A stretch of DNA of 64,000 nucleotides, from positions 62,001 to 126,000 of the forward strand of contig MU008186.1 of NCBI GenBank assembly GCA_010909165.1. The letters are read 5' to 3'. Source of the DNA: Anthoceros angustus (Eukaryota; Plantae; Anthocerotophyta). Positions within the stretch are counted from its first letter, which is position 1, and every line of letters starts with the position of its first letter. Position numbers and translations under genes: made by a program. The notes below the pieces were generated by a model, which was not told where the DNA came from, ran no database searches, and saw only the letters and a list, made by a program, of their open reading frames with translations. Positions 1 through 11,202 of this stretch are shown one piece after another.

Positions 1-52
1 CCGGTTCACGTGACATTAAGAGCAGCAGCAGGGGAGATGGAGATGGGCGATG

Positions 53-88
53 GAGTCGTTCGAGTCGTTCGAGTCGTTCGAGTCGTTC
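53..88. repeat. 9-bp tandem repeat (GAGTCGTTC)x4
   Basis: Four exact copies seen directly, followed by degenerate GAGCCGAGCCGTTCGAA. Confidence 0.9.
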
Positions 89-182
89 GAGCCGAGCCGT
101 TCGAATCGGGTGGCGTTTCAGACTCTGCTCCACCCACCACCCACCGATACGCACTGTAGGTGTGCAGACACAGCGGGAGGCT

Positions 183-758
183 ATGGCGGGCAGGAGCGCC
201 AACCAGTTCCACCATCTGTCGCACAGTTTCGGAAACGGGTACTACACCAGCCCCAAATTCCACTACGGGATCAACCCCACAGTGCCCAGATTCTACCACG
301 GCAACCGGATCACAAGCTACATCCTGTTCCTTGGCAAGTACAATGGCTTCCGGCCCAGGAACCCCGTGCTGGAGCAAAATCCCAACAGGGTGCTGTTCGA
401 GCGGCAAGGCAGGAGCTGGGACGGGGAGAAGAAGCTGAAGCCGCTCCCAAACCCTAGCGTCACCACCGTCATCCAGCACAACAACGGCGGCGGGAAGCAC
501 CGGCTAGCCCGCAGGAACCTCATCTACATGCGGGAGAACGCGCCCGACCCCGAAGATATTCGCAAGCTGCAGGCCATGGAGGCGGTGGAGATGAGGATCC
601 GGCGGAGGAGCCAGCGGGAGCTGGAGAAGGCGCAGGAAAGGAGGCGGAGCTCGGCGATGGCAGCCGCGTCCGCGGCTGCGAACCCTGCTAACCCTGGAAA
701 CACTGCAGGCCCTGCCAGTGCACGGGTGCGGTTCCAGTTGCCCCGCCCTGCCGCCTAG
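183..758 (+). CDS. Uncharacterised protein (first ATG at 183; may have an upstream exon)
   Basis: Uninterrupted ORF with strong C/G third-position bias and a protein-like sequence (NQFHHLSHSFGNGYYTSPKFHYG...PEDIRKLQAMEAVEMRIRRRSQRELEKAQERRR). A possible acceptor gtgcag lies just upstream. No family recognised. Confidence 0.45.
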   Translation: MAGRSANQFHHLSHSFGNGYYTSPKFHYGINPTVPRFYHGNRITSYILFLGKYNGFRPRNPVLEQNPNRVLFERQGRSWDGEKKLKPLPNPSVTTVIQHNNGGGKHRLARRNLIYMRENAPDPEDIRKLQAMEAVEMRIRRRSQRELEKAQERRRSSAMAAASAAANPANPGNTAGPASARVRFQLPRPAA

Positions 759-2125
759 TCCCAGGTGCAGGAGCAGGGACGGACAGAGCCAGTACCGGGG
801 CCACGCGGGTTCCGTCCTCCGCTCCCGTTGCGCGAGGCTATGGCGGGTACAGTGGGGCCGGGTTCTGTGGCAGGAGTCGACTTTCGTGAGCGAGAACAGA
901 GGGGGCCATGGGTATTACCACTATGAACGCATGTACCTTGAAAGGATCACAGCTGCCAGGCATTGGTTTCTCACATCTCAAGGCAGCAAAGGCCTGGCTG
1001 GTGCCAGTCGAGGGCGAGTGTGCACCTGCACCTCCTGGTGCGGAGATGATGAGGTGAGCTCATCGAGTCTCGGGTGTGAGATCATCATGCCAGGGTGTTG
1101 CGTTAGGTCAGACAAGTTGCGGGACCGGCCCGGGTCTTCTTGTCAGCGTCCTCATTCCTGCACACAAGGAAAATGCTTTGTATATGTCTGTGTTTGCAAG
1201 GTTTCGGATCAGACCTGCAATGGAAGCGTACAGTACACATCTATCAACGTGGACTTGCAGGCAGACATAGTCTACACAGCCAGGCCCAGGCCAGAATGTG
1301 TGCTCCACGCAATCATGGATCCAAAAACAGGCGGTATCGTGCTGAGCGCGGGGTCTGGCACCGGCCACCTTGGGGACTGGATCCTGCACGCATTTCCATG
1401 CACCCAATCTGTAGGGTAACAAGGTTGATGAGGCAGCAGCTCCGGTTGATTCATGAAACCAGTGCTGACATGACTGCATGTTCCAGGTGAGTTGAGGTGG
1501 TATTGTTTGTTGGGAATTCAGGGGCATATGCTGTCTGTCTGCCCGCTCCATGTTCCCTGTGCACCCCATTTCTTGTCAGCTTGCTAGGTGACTCATTTAC
1601 CTGTTGTGTTCAGAAGCTTGTCATCTTACTTGAGATGGCAGAGACTTGATCACATCCGGGAAGAATCGGGAAACTGTTCACGCCTCTCCTTCACGTGGCC
1701 GCTGCCTCCAATTTGCATTTGAATCTGTGCACGGATGCGGCCATTCCGAGAGCGGCAGCACCAGAGCGTGGCACGTTAAGCTTGTGCGTACAGTTCTGTA
1801 CAGTTCCCTGATTGCAAGATCACCACCGAGTTAGCACAAGATCCTCAGCTGAACCGACCTTAGGCTGCTTATTCAGACACAGAGAAAACTACAGCATTTG
1901 CTGCTTGGTCCAGAACTTGGTCCACAACTGCAAGTGTGTTATCATCCTGAAGAGAAAACGGGAAACTTGTGACTCACCGCAACCATCCAGAATTCTCGGG
2001 AAGCTGTTTGGAAACTCACGTTCATCATCCTCCAGCTCCAGTCCTCCCCTTTGAAAACCTGAGCTAGTGACTCAAGCCTTCCTTGCATGGAGTGACTTCA
2101 TCACCAACTCTGCCCTGGACGCCGC

Positions 2126-4620
2126 TCAGCACCTGTTCCGCGAGATGGTTGATCTAAAGAAGAGGATCTTTAAGGAGGTGAGGATAGAGGACGGCCCATC
2201 TCCAGTTGCAGGACATCCCTCCAAAGTGTAGGCCTCGGAAGATTGCTGAGTCTCTGATACATAGCCAACACCCTGCCCTTCAGATCGTTCATCTGGAGAT
2301 AAAGATCTATAGAGGAGGATGTTAAAAGCAGGTGAGGTTGGTGGACAGCCCATCTCCAGTTGCGCAAATGCCTTAAAAGTGCAAGCCTCCGACGAGGACA
2401 AAGACCGAATTCCCGTTAAGATCCTGGTCTTCGGATAGTTCATCTAAAGATTAGGATCTTGACTGCAATGAGATCAGAGATTGCCCCAACCTCACTTCGT
2501 GGACAGCTCCTGGCGCTGAAAGGGAAGTCTCTGATACATACACTCGACTACAATGTCACTGCCATTAAGACCCTCATCTTCAAATAGTTCATCTGGGGAT
2601 TAGAATCTTGACTGCAAATGAATAAGATATTCCCCCTACTTCACTTCCTGGACAGCTCCTGGCACTGAAATGGAAGCGGCTACACACAGCCACACACATC
2701 AGACCAGAATGCTGCCACTCCGACCGACTCACCACCCCGTCTTGGATACAATCGCATACTTGCAATAAGATGATCTGCCGGCTGAGTCTGATCCATAGAC
2801 CAAACTCCAACCTCATTGCAGTTAAGCTCCGGATCCTCAGATTGTTCAGCTGGAGGTCCTGACTGGAATGAGCCCAGGGATTGCCCCAGTTTCACTAGCT
2901 CGTCAGCTCCTGCCATTGAAATGGAAGGGGCTCCACAAAGCCATACACATCGACCGGGATGCTCCAACACAATCAACCAGAATGCTCCAATACCGACCAG
3001 CTCACCACTCCGTCGTCGACACAATCGCAGACTTGCAATAACATGATTTCCCACCTGAGTCCAATCCGTAGACCAAACTCCAACCGCATCGCAGTCAAGC
3101 TCCGGATCCTCAGATTGTTCATCTGGAGGTTCGGATCTTGACTGGAATGAGGTCAGGCGTTGCCCCAGTTTCACTTGCTCGACAGCTTCTGCCGCTGATA
3201 TGGAAGGGGCTCAACAAAGCCATACCCATCAGCCAGAATGCTCCCACACTGACCAACTCACCACCCCGTCACCAGCACAATCGCAGACTTTCAATAACAT
3301 GATTTCCCTCCTGAGTCCAATCCGTAGACCAAACTCCAACCGCATCGCAGTCAAGCTCCGGATCCTCAGATTGTTCATCTGGAGGTTGGGATCTTGACTG
3401 GAACGAGGTCAGAGGTTGCCCCAGTTTCACTTGCTCGACAGCTTCTGCCGCTGATATGGAAGGGCCCACAAAGCCATACACATCGACCGGGATGCTCCAA
3501 CACAATCAACCAGAATGCTCCAATACCGACCAGCTCACCACTCCGTCGTCGACACAATCGCAGACTTGCAATAACATGATTTCCCACCTGAGTCCAATAG
3601 ACCAAACTCCAACCGCATCGCAGTCAAGCTCCGGATCCTCAGATTGTTCATCTGGAGGTTCGGATCTTGACTGGAATGAGGTCAGGCGTTGCTGCCCCAG
3701 TTTCACTTGCTCGACAGCTTCTGCCGCTGATATGGAAGGGCTCAACAAAGCCATACCCATCAGCCAGAATGCTCCCACACTGACCAACTCACCACCCCGT
3801 CACCAGCACAATCGCAGACTTTCAATAACATGATTTCCCTCCTGAGTCCAATCCGTAGACCAAACTCCAACCGCATCGCAGTCAAGCTCCGGATCCTCAG
3901 ATTGTTCATCTGGAGGTTGGGATCTTGACTGGAACGAGGTCAGAGGTTGCCCCAGTTTCACTTGCTCGACAGCTTCTGCCGCTGATATGGAAGGGGCTCC
4001 ACAAAGCCACACCCATCAACCAGAATGCTCCAACACTGACCAACTCACCACCCGTCACCAGCACAATCGCGGACTTGCAATAACATGATTTGCCAGCTGT
4101 GTCCTATCTGTAGACCAAACTCCAACCCCATTGCAGTTAGCTCCGGATCCTCAGATTGCTCATCTGGAGGTTCGGATCTTCACTGGAATGAGCTCAGGGA
4201 TTGCCCCAATTTCACTTGCTCCACTCCTCCTGCCGCTAAAATGGAAGGGGCTCCACAAAGCCTGCAAGGCGTAGCAAAATCAGCGAAGACCTTAACATCA
4301 AACCAGAATCCTCCAACTCCGGCCAACTCACCACCCTATCTTCGACACAATCGCAGACTTGCAATAACATGATTTGCGAGCTGAGCCCAAATCCGTAGAC
4401 CAACCTCATTGCAGTAAAGCTCCGGATCCTCAGATTGTTCATCTGGAGGTTTAAAACTTGACTATTGCCCCAGTTTCACCTGCACGACAGCTCCTGCCGC
4501 TGATATGGAAGGGGCTCCACAAAGCCACCCACATCCGATCGGAATGCTCCAACACTGACCAATTCACCACCCCGACTATACATACTTGCAATAACATGAT
4601 TTGCCAGCCGAGTCCATTCT
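2126..4620 (+). repeat. Tandem array of ~255/277-bp units with AB higher-order structure; probably derived from a decayed LRR-coding segment
   Basis: Marker TGCCCC(A)GTTTCAC recurs at about 2882, 3161, 3417, 3693, 3948, 4202 and 4466 (spacings 279, 256, 276, 255, 254, 264), with more diverged, shorter units at 2482 and 2632. Units translate to LRR-like remnants (PALQIVHLEI, DCPNLTSW, PQIVHLEVRIL) but contain stops and frameshifts. Confidence 0.85.
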
Positions 4621-5351
4621 GTACCAAATATGTCCACTCAAATGTTGGAACCCAGCCAAAATCAGCCTTACATCAAATCCTAGCTTCACAAAGCTTGCGA
4701 TCCTCAATGACTCATACAGAGGTGAGGAGCTTTCCAGAAAGGGAGATTAAGTTGTGCCCCATGTGCCCCAGCTCCACTCCCACCTTAAGCTACAGGTCAG
4801 AATCACACTGCCTGGAACAAAACGAGCATCTGGTCTCTCGAGGATTAGGGTTAGGAAGTTGTCAAAGCTGCCATCTCCCCTCAATGAAACCTGGCGATTG
4901 CGATCACATCCAGCATGCCTTGGACAAGAAACAGGGATAAGCAGCACCATGAATTACCAAGAAGCAGGCAGCCGCAATCTGTTTCAAACACTGAAGAAGA
5001 TGAAGCAGAGACTGACCCGCCTGTTTGCAGCCAAAGGTCAAACTGCAAACCCGAAGTTCACGGCACAGGGCGGAAACATAGGTGTCCACCCTCTCCTGGG
5101 TTCTCGTCTTCAACAACCTGGTTGAAGCCGTGAGGCGGAGGCTCGGAGCGCTTGCAGATTGCGGGTTGCTGCCCGGCGGCGTGTCCACGAAAGCCAAAGG
5201 ACATGAAAGGCGGGAGCAGGGAATGCTTTCCCTTCGTATCTCGCAGTAGCGATGCGACTGCTTACACCGCAGAGGAGGCTGCCGTCACTCTGGCAGCGAC
5301 TGGACCTCATCCGCCTCCGCTTCCGCCTCCCCCTCCGCCTGGAGCATGTAG

Positions 5352-7063
5352 ATGGCTCTGACCTTCCAGGTGGACGACATCCTCGACATCCCCGACATCC
5401 CTCCTCTGGACTGGAAGAGCCCGTTCGAGGAGGACGTGTTCGCGATTAGGGACGGAGAGACCTACTCCCAGCGCCTGGACCGCCTCGCTCTCAAACATGG
5501 CTTCCGCGGCTTCATGCACTGGACCAGCGGGGACTTCTACTGGGGCGAGTGGGTGCGCAACAAGCGAGAAGGTAGGCAAGGCGGGCAGGCAGGCAGGGAA
5601 GGAAGGAGGGAAGGGGGAGGCCAAGTGGCAAAGTGGGTCGTGGTGGCCTTGCGGGCTGCTGCTGCTGGGCACTTGGCAAGTGATGCAGAGCTGACAGGAG
5701 AGAGCGGGCTTTGATGGTGGTGGGTGGCGTGCAGGGAGAGGCATCCATGTGTACAAGAACGGGAACCGCTATGAAGGCAGGTGGAAAAACAACAAGAGAG
5801 AAGGACAAGGGATTTTCTGGGTGATCGACGAAGGCAACAAGTACAAGGTGCGGTACCGGGGCTCCTGGAAAGACAACCTGTTTGAGGTGAGTTATGTGCT
5901 GGCCTTGGCAGCAATCACCAAGCTTCACAGCAGCAGCACAGCACAGCACAGCAAAGCAAAGCATCTTCACTTTCTCCTCTGGTGCATGCTCAGGCGAGAG
6001 TGTACTTCCTGATGGTTGATTCATGTCAGCATCACGAGTGTAGGGCAAAGGACAGCTGAACGGCGAGTGTGGGGAGAAGTATGAGGGCAGGTTTAAGAAG
6101 GGCATGCGGCATGGCCTCGGCAAGCAGAAGTACTTCGCGGGCATTCCGGGCTGCTACCACGAGTACCACGGCGAGTGGAAAGAGAATAAGCGCCATGGCA
6201 TTGGCACTCTCAAGATGGGTACTTCCCTTGCAACCATTACCTGGACCTCTCCTTCCCTCTCCTTAGAGGCCACGTACTTGCAAGTCCGTTGTTCCTCCTT
6301 CGTCGTCCCTCCCTCCCAGTGGAGGTTCATGTGCCTCTACAACCCCCTCTTTTTTGGCTTCCTCCTGCTGGCTCCCTCTGATTGGATGTTGCTGGAACCT
6401 TTCTCTTGATTGTTTCTACGGTAGCTCCTTTTGATTGGAGGTTGGTAGTCCTTGCCTTTTTGGCTTCTTCATCCTCTGATTGGAGGTGATGGAATGCTTG
6501 CATGTTGGTGATGGAATGCTTGCATGTTGCATGCTCTTCCTTCTTCCTTCGCGTTCAAGGTGTTGGGGGCATAGGACTGAATTTCCTGCCCTCACAGACT
6601 GGACTCCATTAAGTAGAGCTTGTCCTTGTCTATAATCTTTTCTGATTGGCTGATCTTTTACAGTAGGACGTCTTCTCCTCGTACCTTTCCTTCTTCTGTC
6701 TCTGGAGGTTGTCCACTATCACCTCCTCGTCCCGGGATTGGATTGGAGGTTGGAGTGAGTTGAAATTGCTCCTTCCTGCTTCCATGTGTCTGATTGGGGA
6801 GATGGAGTGCGCTGGTGACAGCAAATGGCGATGTGTACGAGGGCAACTTTTACGAGGGCGTGAAGGAGGGCCCGGGGGTGTACTACTTCGCGGAGTTGAC
6901 GGCCAAGTATGAGGGAGTGTGGAAGGGCGACATGCTCAAATGCGGCTCCTACGTGAAGCCCAAGAAGACTGTGGACAACGTGTTGCCCGTAGCGGAGGTG
7001 GCGCGTCACACCCTTCTGACGCAGGATATCATGAACGAGGTTTTGCAGACAACCTCGTTTTGA
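5352..7063 (+). CDS. MORN3: MORN-repeat protein, MORN3-like (cilium/radial-spoke associated); 4 exons: 5352-5571, 5735-5886, 6044-6218, 6822-7063
   Basis: Seven MORN repeats (YWGEWVRNKREG, YEGRWKNNKREG, YRGSWKDNLFEG, YEGRFKKGMRHG, YHGEWKENKRHG, YEGNFYEGVKEG, YEGVWKGDMLKCG) join in frame across canonical GT-AG introns of matching phase. The terminal KCG and overall layout resemble MORN3. Confidence 0.75.
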
Positions 7064-8002
7064 AGCCAAGCCGCTTTGCTTACCTCAGCGAGCCCATCAA
7101 TCATGGTGTCTCACAACAGTTTTGCAGCACATCACTTCACTGGACTTTTCACCCTTGCTTCTCTCGCAAGTTCCAGCACCATCTTGGTGATCCCCGGGCT
7201 CCCATCCTTCTGGCAGGGCATTCACCTGCCCTGCCTACCCTCTAGGTGAAGCACGCACGGCACTCCTGCTTCCACTTACACCCAGCTGCTTCCAACAATT
7301 TGTGGAAGCGTCAGATTCTGCTCTACCTGTGACTAGAAGCAGACAGCAGCAACCATCAGTTTCAGGCGTGAATCCCGAGCTCGGCAGAGAGACAAGTGTC
7401 AGTTGTGTAACCTTGAACTAGGTCATACAATTCAGGAATCGTGCCTGTGCATCTCCAAATATTGTCACGGCCTTCTTGTGGATCAGACAGAGCGTCATTC
7501 TATTGGCTGAGGGTAATCAGAATCGCGGCTCGCCCGGTGAGGAAGTTTAATAAAACTTGAATGACAAAAGAGCTGCCCATAAGAGTTATATAAACATTAT
7601 CCGTTAGGGTAATGAGACAACAGGAAACAGCCTTTCTGCACCCCAGCAATGACTACCGTACCCTCTAAACGCTCACCACAGAATGTATCGGTAGAGTCTC
7701 CAACACCAAAACTTGCCAAGGCCCAGCCTGTCTGCCGGTCTGTCGATCTATTCATTTGACCGTGGTGGCAGTAACGCGCGTCTCTTCCCACTCAACCTAG
7801 CTTCCGCTGCATGATCCATGCGCCGAGGTTAGCTTCAGGCTGGTTACCTTCCGCAGCCTGAATTCAGGATTGAAGCTCCCCAAAGCACTATGGGGCGATG
7901 GCCATCCGTAGAAAAATTGCAGCTATGTCAAGTAAATGCTCGCAGGGCAGAAGCTGAGGACGACTCTTGGAATGTCACAGGGCATAAGGAACTTCGGTCT
8001 GT

Positions 8003-8365
8003 TCACGACTTGATCACAAACAATGACTGCACAGTCGAGTGCGGGTGAAGGACGGTGGTCAGTACGGCAGAAGCAGGCATCAACGGGGAAAGGCAGATCG
8101 TATGGTTGTCGAAAGGAGCTTACAGTTTCGATAGCCACAGGCGTCCCGTCTTCAGCAATAATTTCGATAAGAGTACCAGACTGATCAGCCTGAAGTGAGT
8201 AGAGAAACGCAAGGCCAGGGTTTAGACATCCTGAAAGGTTTTAGCCGCATACATTCCAAAAACCTAGGACACGGCCAAGGTCCTGGGACGAGACGTCAGT
8301 ACCTCGATCTCGTTCATCAGCTTCATGGCCTCCACAATGCAGATGACTTGTCCTTTCTGGATCTT
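8003..8365 (-). pseudogene. BCCP: 3' fragment of biotin carboxyl carrier protein (plastid ACCase BCCP) with two retained introns; exons 8365-8303, 8189-8124, 8026-8003
   Basis: The minus strand splices to KIQKGQVICIVEAMKLMNEIE|ADQSGTLIEIIAEDGTPVAIET|SLFVIKS*, containing the EAMKLM biotinylation motif (Lys codon 8321-8323). An in-frame TAA lies 7 codons upstream and no N-terminal exons are visible. Confidence 0.85.
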
Positions 8366-8895
8366 GGAATGTTGGACTGAGACTTAGCCTTCTCTATAAC
8401 TGGCCCATAATGCCCTGGATGCTCGGCTACACCGAAACCTGGGCCTAACAGTAGCCATCGACTCATGGATTGAGAAAAGATTGTTATGTTAGGGAATCCC
8501 CAAGTAATGTTGGTGCAGCAAAAACCGAACTCGTCGAGGAGGCCGCCGAGTGAGTGCTGTAGGAGTTTCTATGGGGGTTATTTGATGGAGTTCGTTGGGA
8601 CGCCCAAGCCGCACTTGCGGCTCTGCTATTTTATCACACTCTGCTATTTTATGAGCCAACACAGCGGCGAAAAAGACATGAAAAAAGCTCAAGACGATGT
8701 GGGAAATACATACAAGGTCTCCGGGTTTGGTATTCCTTTCATTCCGTAGACGTTTCTCTCGGAAACGTTCGTTGCTTTGTCAGCAGCCAAGTCGGACATA
8801 ACACTTGGCAACAATAGGCCTGTGTTCCCACGACCCTTGGGACCGTGATTTAGGGTTTAATGAGCCTCACGACGTGACGATGTGAATGAGAGGCC

Positions 8896-11202
8896 ATGGC
8901 GCAGGAGGAGGCGGCCGTGCGGGAGGAGGAGGAGGAGGAGAAGGAGGAAGGCAACGTGGAGGGCCAGGCGGGTGGTAACGGGAAGGTGGATGAGGAAGGG
9001 GAGGGAGAGGACCAGTCTTCGTCTTCCTCAAATTTTTCCTCATCCTGGGACGACGCCGACTTTGATGCTGCCTTGGAAGAGGATCAGGAAGAAGCAGAAC
9101 GTGAAGGAGGAGGTGGAGAGCAAGTTGTGCACAACCAATCTGCTTTGAAGGAGCGAGCAGAGGAGGCCCTGCGATCGGGTCTCAGGAGGAGATTGGGAGC
9201 GTGGAAAGCCGAATTCCAGGTGCTGGAGGGGGCTGAACTGGTTGAGCCTGGAGGAGGAAGTTTGGAGATTGGAAGCGGAGTTGAATCGGCTTTGGAGGAG
9301 GATGCGAGGGGGAAGGCGCAACAGCGGCAGGAGCGTGGATCTCCCACTGTAGAGGGAGATGGAGGTGGTGAGCAGTTTGGCACGTTTCCAAGGTCTCCAC
9401 CTGGAGTTGATGTTGAGGTGGAAGAAAGCGCGTCTGACGGACAGGGTTCCCTGGCGTCATTCTCGTTCCAGGGATCGGTGGATGGGGGGAGGGAACCATC
9501 TGAGGTCAACTCGCGACATGCCGGGTTAGGTTCGCTTTGGCCGTCGGGATTGGAGTCCGATGAGGAGGAGGAGATTGTCTCGGAGCGGAAGAGACCGCAT
9601 GCCGAGGACCAGGACGATGGCGAGGAGGAGCAGCCGGTGGCCAGGAGACGGAGACTCGTGTCCAAGAGGCTGGATGTTGAGGAGGTAGAAGAGGGGGAGG
9701 TCGGCGGAGGTGAGATCTGCGCTTTCAAGGAGGTTTACAAGATGCCTGCAGCAGATGACATGCCGTCGGGGAGCGGGGACGGGCAGGGGCAGGGGCAGGG
9801 GCAATTGTTGTTGCTGCCTGCAGCTTTTATAATAAACGCAATCGGCTTTCAGGTGAAGCTGATCGGGAAGGCGTTCAATGTGTTTCTATGGTTCTTGAAT
9901 CTGTTCTGCTATATGTTCTGGGCACCGATAGCTAAGACCTTGGAGGCAACCGGGCTTATCACGCAAGGGGTTTCCTACGTCTCACAGTTGCCCCCGAGGA
10001 TTGCACAAGGGGCGTCTCATGCAGGGCCCAAGGTGGGGCAGCTATGGAAGAAAATGGGACTCGGGTGTCTGGCTGCTACGTATGTGGTCATCGTCTTGAT
10101 AGCGCTGCTGATTCCGGCTGTGGTGCTTGATTATGTGGTGCTCAGTAGGTTTGTTGAGAAGCCGCTTGAGATCAAGGAGCCGCTTCATTTCGATTACACT
10201 CAGCCGAAGCCTAGCGCAGTTGTCAACCTTCTGGCCCCAGCGGTGATGGTAAGGGCAAAAAACTATGCTGCAGCTCATCCTGATAAGATTGTTAAAACCC
10301 GGGCCATCCCTGTAGGACATAAGTTTCACGTCACTGTTGTCCTGACATTGCCAGAGTCGGACTACAATCGGCAACTAGGCATGTTCCAAATCTCGGTTGA
10401 ACTGTTATCCATACGAGGTTATGTTCTGGCTAGAGCTAGCCGGCCATGCATGTTGCAGTTCCGCAGTGGTCTACTCCGCCATGCCAAGACCCTTTTACTC
10501 GGCTTGCCTCTGTTGCTGGGCTTGTCTCAGGAATACCAGACTATGGCTGTACGAGTCCTGGAGCGTCATGAAGAGAAAGTGATACCAACTGCGAGTGTGA
10601 GAACTCTATTGGAGCCGAAGGCAGGGTTTCCTCTGGGCCAAGGGCTGCCTGAGCTTTACAAGGCGGAGGTGCGGATACAATCGCAGCTGCCGTGGCTTAA
10701 GTCCCTTGTGTACAATTGGAGGTGGACCTTCTATGTTTGGGGCGCCTTCTGGCTGTTTCTCCTCGAGGTTGGACTGGTTCTGCTGTGTTGTAGACAAGCA
10801 CTTATCCCGACATCGTGGCGCTCCTTCACAGACGATTCAGGGGAAGGATCTCAGAGGGGTCATCGTTCCACTAAAAGTAGGAGATCATCCGGGGCTGGAG
10901 AAGATGGGGTAAGCAAGAAGTCGGGGAGAAACAAGCGGCGCGTGTCATTCCAAGATGAAATTCCCACGGCAGATGTTTTGCCAGGCACAGACTCGGGTGC
11001 ACCTCCTGCTGACCAGCCTTTAGCAGAAGAGGAGTTCCCTGCAGGTCTGCCCATGCCTCCTTTGGAAGACGTTCCTGAATCGGGCGAGGATGAGGTCCTT
11101 GTGGTGGAGGACGTTGTCGCGGTTGTGCTTGAGAAACTAGCCAACGTAGACCAAGTCAAGGTTCTTCAGACAGTAGACGAAGATGAGACAAGACCCCCGT
11201 AG
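8896..11202 (+). CDS. SEIPIN: Seipin (lipid droplet biogenesis protein), long acidic N-terminus, single exon, 768 aa
   Basis: Seipin core motifs: PLHFDYTQPKPSA, FHVTVVLTLPESDYNRQLGMFQI, SRPCMLQFRS, LYKAEVRIQSQLPW. Hydrophobic helices flank the core. Confidence 0.92.
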   Translation: MAQEEAAVREEEEEEKEEGNVEGQAGGNGKVDEEGEGEDQSSSSSNFSSSWDDADFDAALEEDQEEAEREGGGGEQVVHNQSALKERAEEALRSGLRRRLGAWKAEFQVLEGAELVEPGGGSLEIGSGVESALEEDARGKAQQRQERGSPTVEGDGGGEQFGTFPRSPPGVDVEVEESASDGQGSLASFSFQGSVDGGREPSEVNSRHAGLGSLWPSGLESDEEEEIVSERKRPHAEDQDDGEEEQPVARRRRLVSKRLDVEEVEEGEVGGGEICAFKEVYKMPAADDMPSGSGDGQGQGQGQLLLLPAAFIINAIGFQVKLIGKAFNVFLWFLNLFCYMFWAPIAKTLEATGLITQGVSYVSQLPPRIAQGASHAGPKVGQLWKKMGLGCLAATYVVIVLIALLIPAVVLDYVVLSRFVEKPLEIKEPLHFDYTQPKPSAVVNLLAPAVMVRAKNYAAAHPDKIVKTRAIPVGHKFHVTVVLTLPESDYNRQLGMFQISVELLSIRGYVLARASRPCMLQFRSGLLRHAKTLLLGLPLLLGLSQEYQTMAVRVLERHEEKVIPTASVRTLLEPKAGFPLGQGLPELYKAEVRIQSQLPWLKSLVYNWRWTFYVWGAFWLFLLEVGLVLLCCRQALIPTSWRSFTDDSGEGSQRGHRSTKSRRSSGAGEDGVSKKSGRNKRRVSFQDEIPTADVLPGTDSGAPPADQPLAEEEFPAGLPMPPLEDVPESGEDEVLVVEDVVAVVLEKLANVDQVKVLQTVDEDETRPP

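Noticed and set aside
6-500. 164-aa minus-strand ORF and other overlapping ORFs (50-457, 160-438)
   Set aside because: Shadows of GC-rich DNA; the 183-758 frame has the better codon bias and a more protein-like sequence.
718-1569. ORFs of 233 aa (+) and 153 aa (-)
   Set aside because: No recognisable motif, Cys/Ser/Arg-rich composition typical of non-coding open frames, and no convincing splice model.
2126-4620. CRISPR-like array interpretation of the tandem units
   Set aside because: Whole units are homologous; there is no short constant repeat with unique spacers, no cas genes, and the context is eukaryotic.
9084-9728. 214-aa Ser/Pro-rich minus-strand ORF
   Set aside because: Antisense shadow of the Glu/Gly-rich seipin N-terminus.
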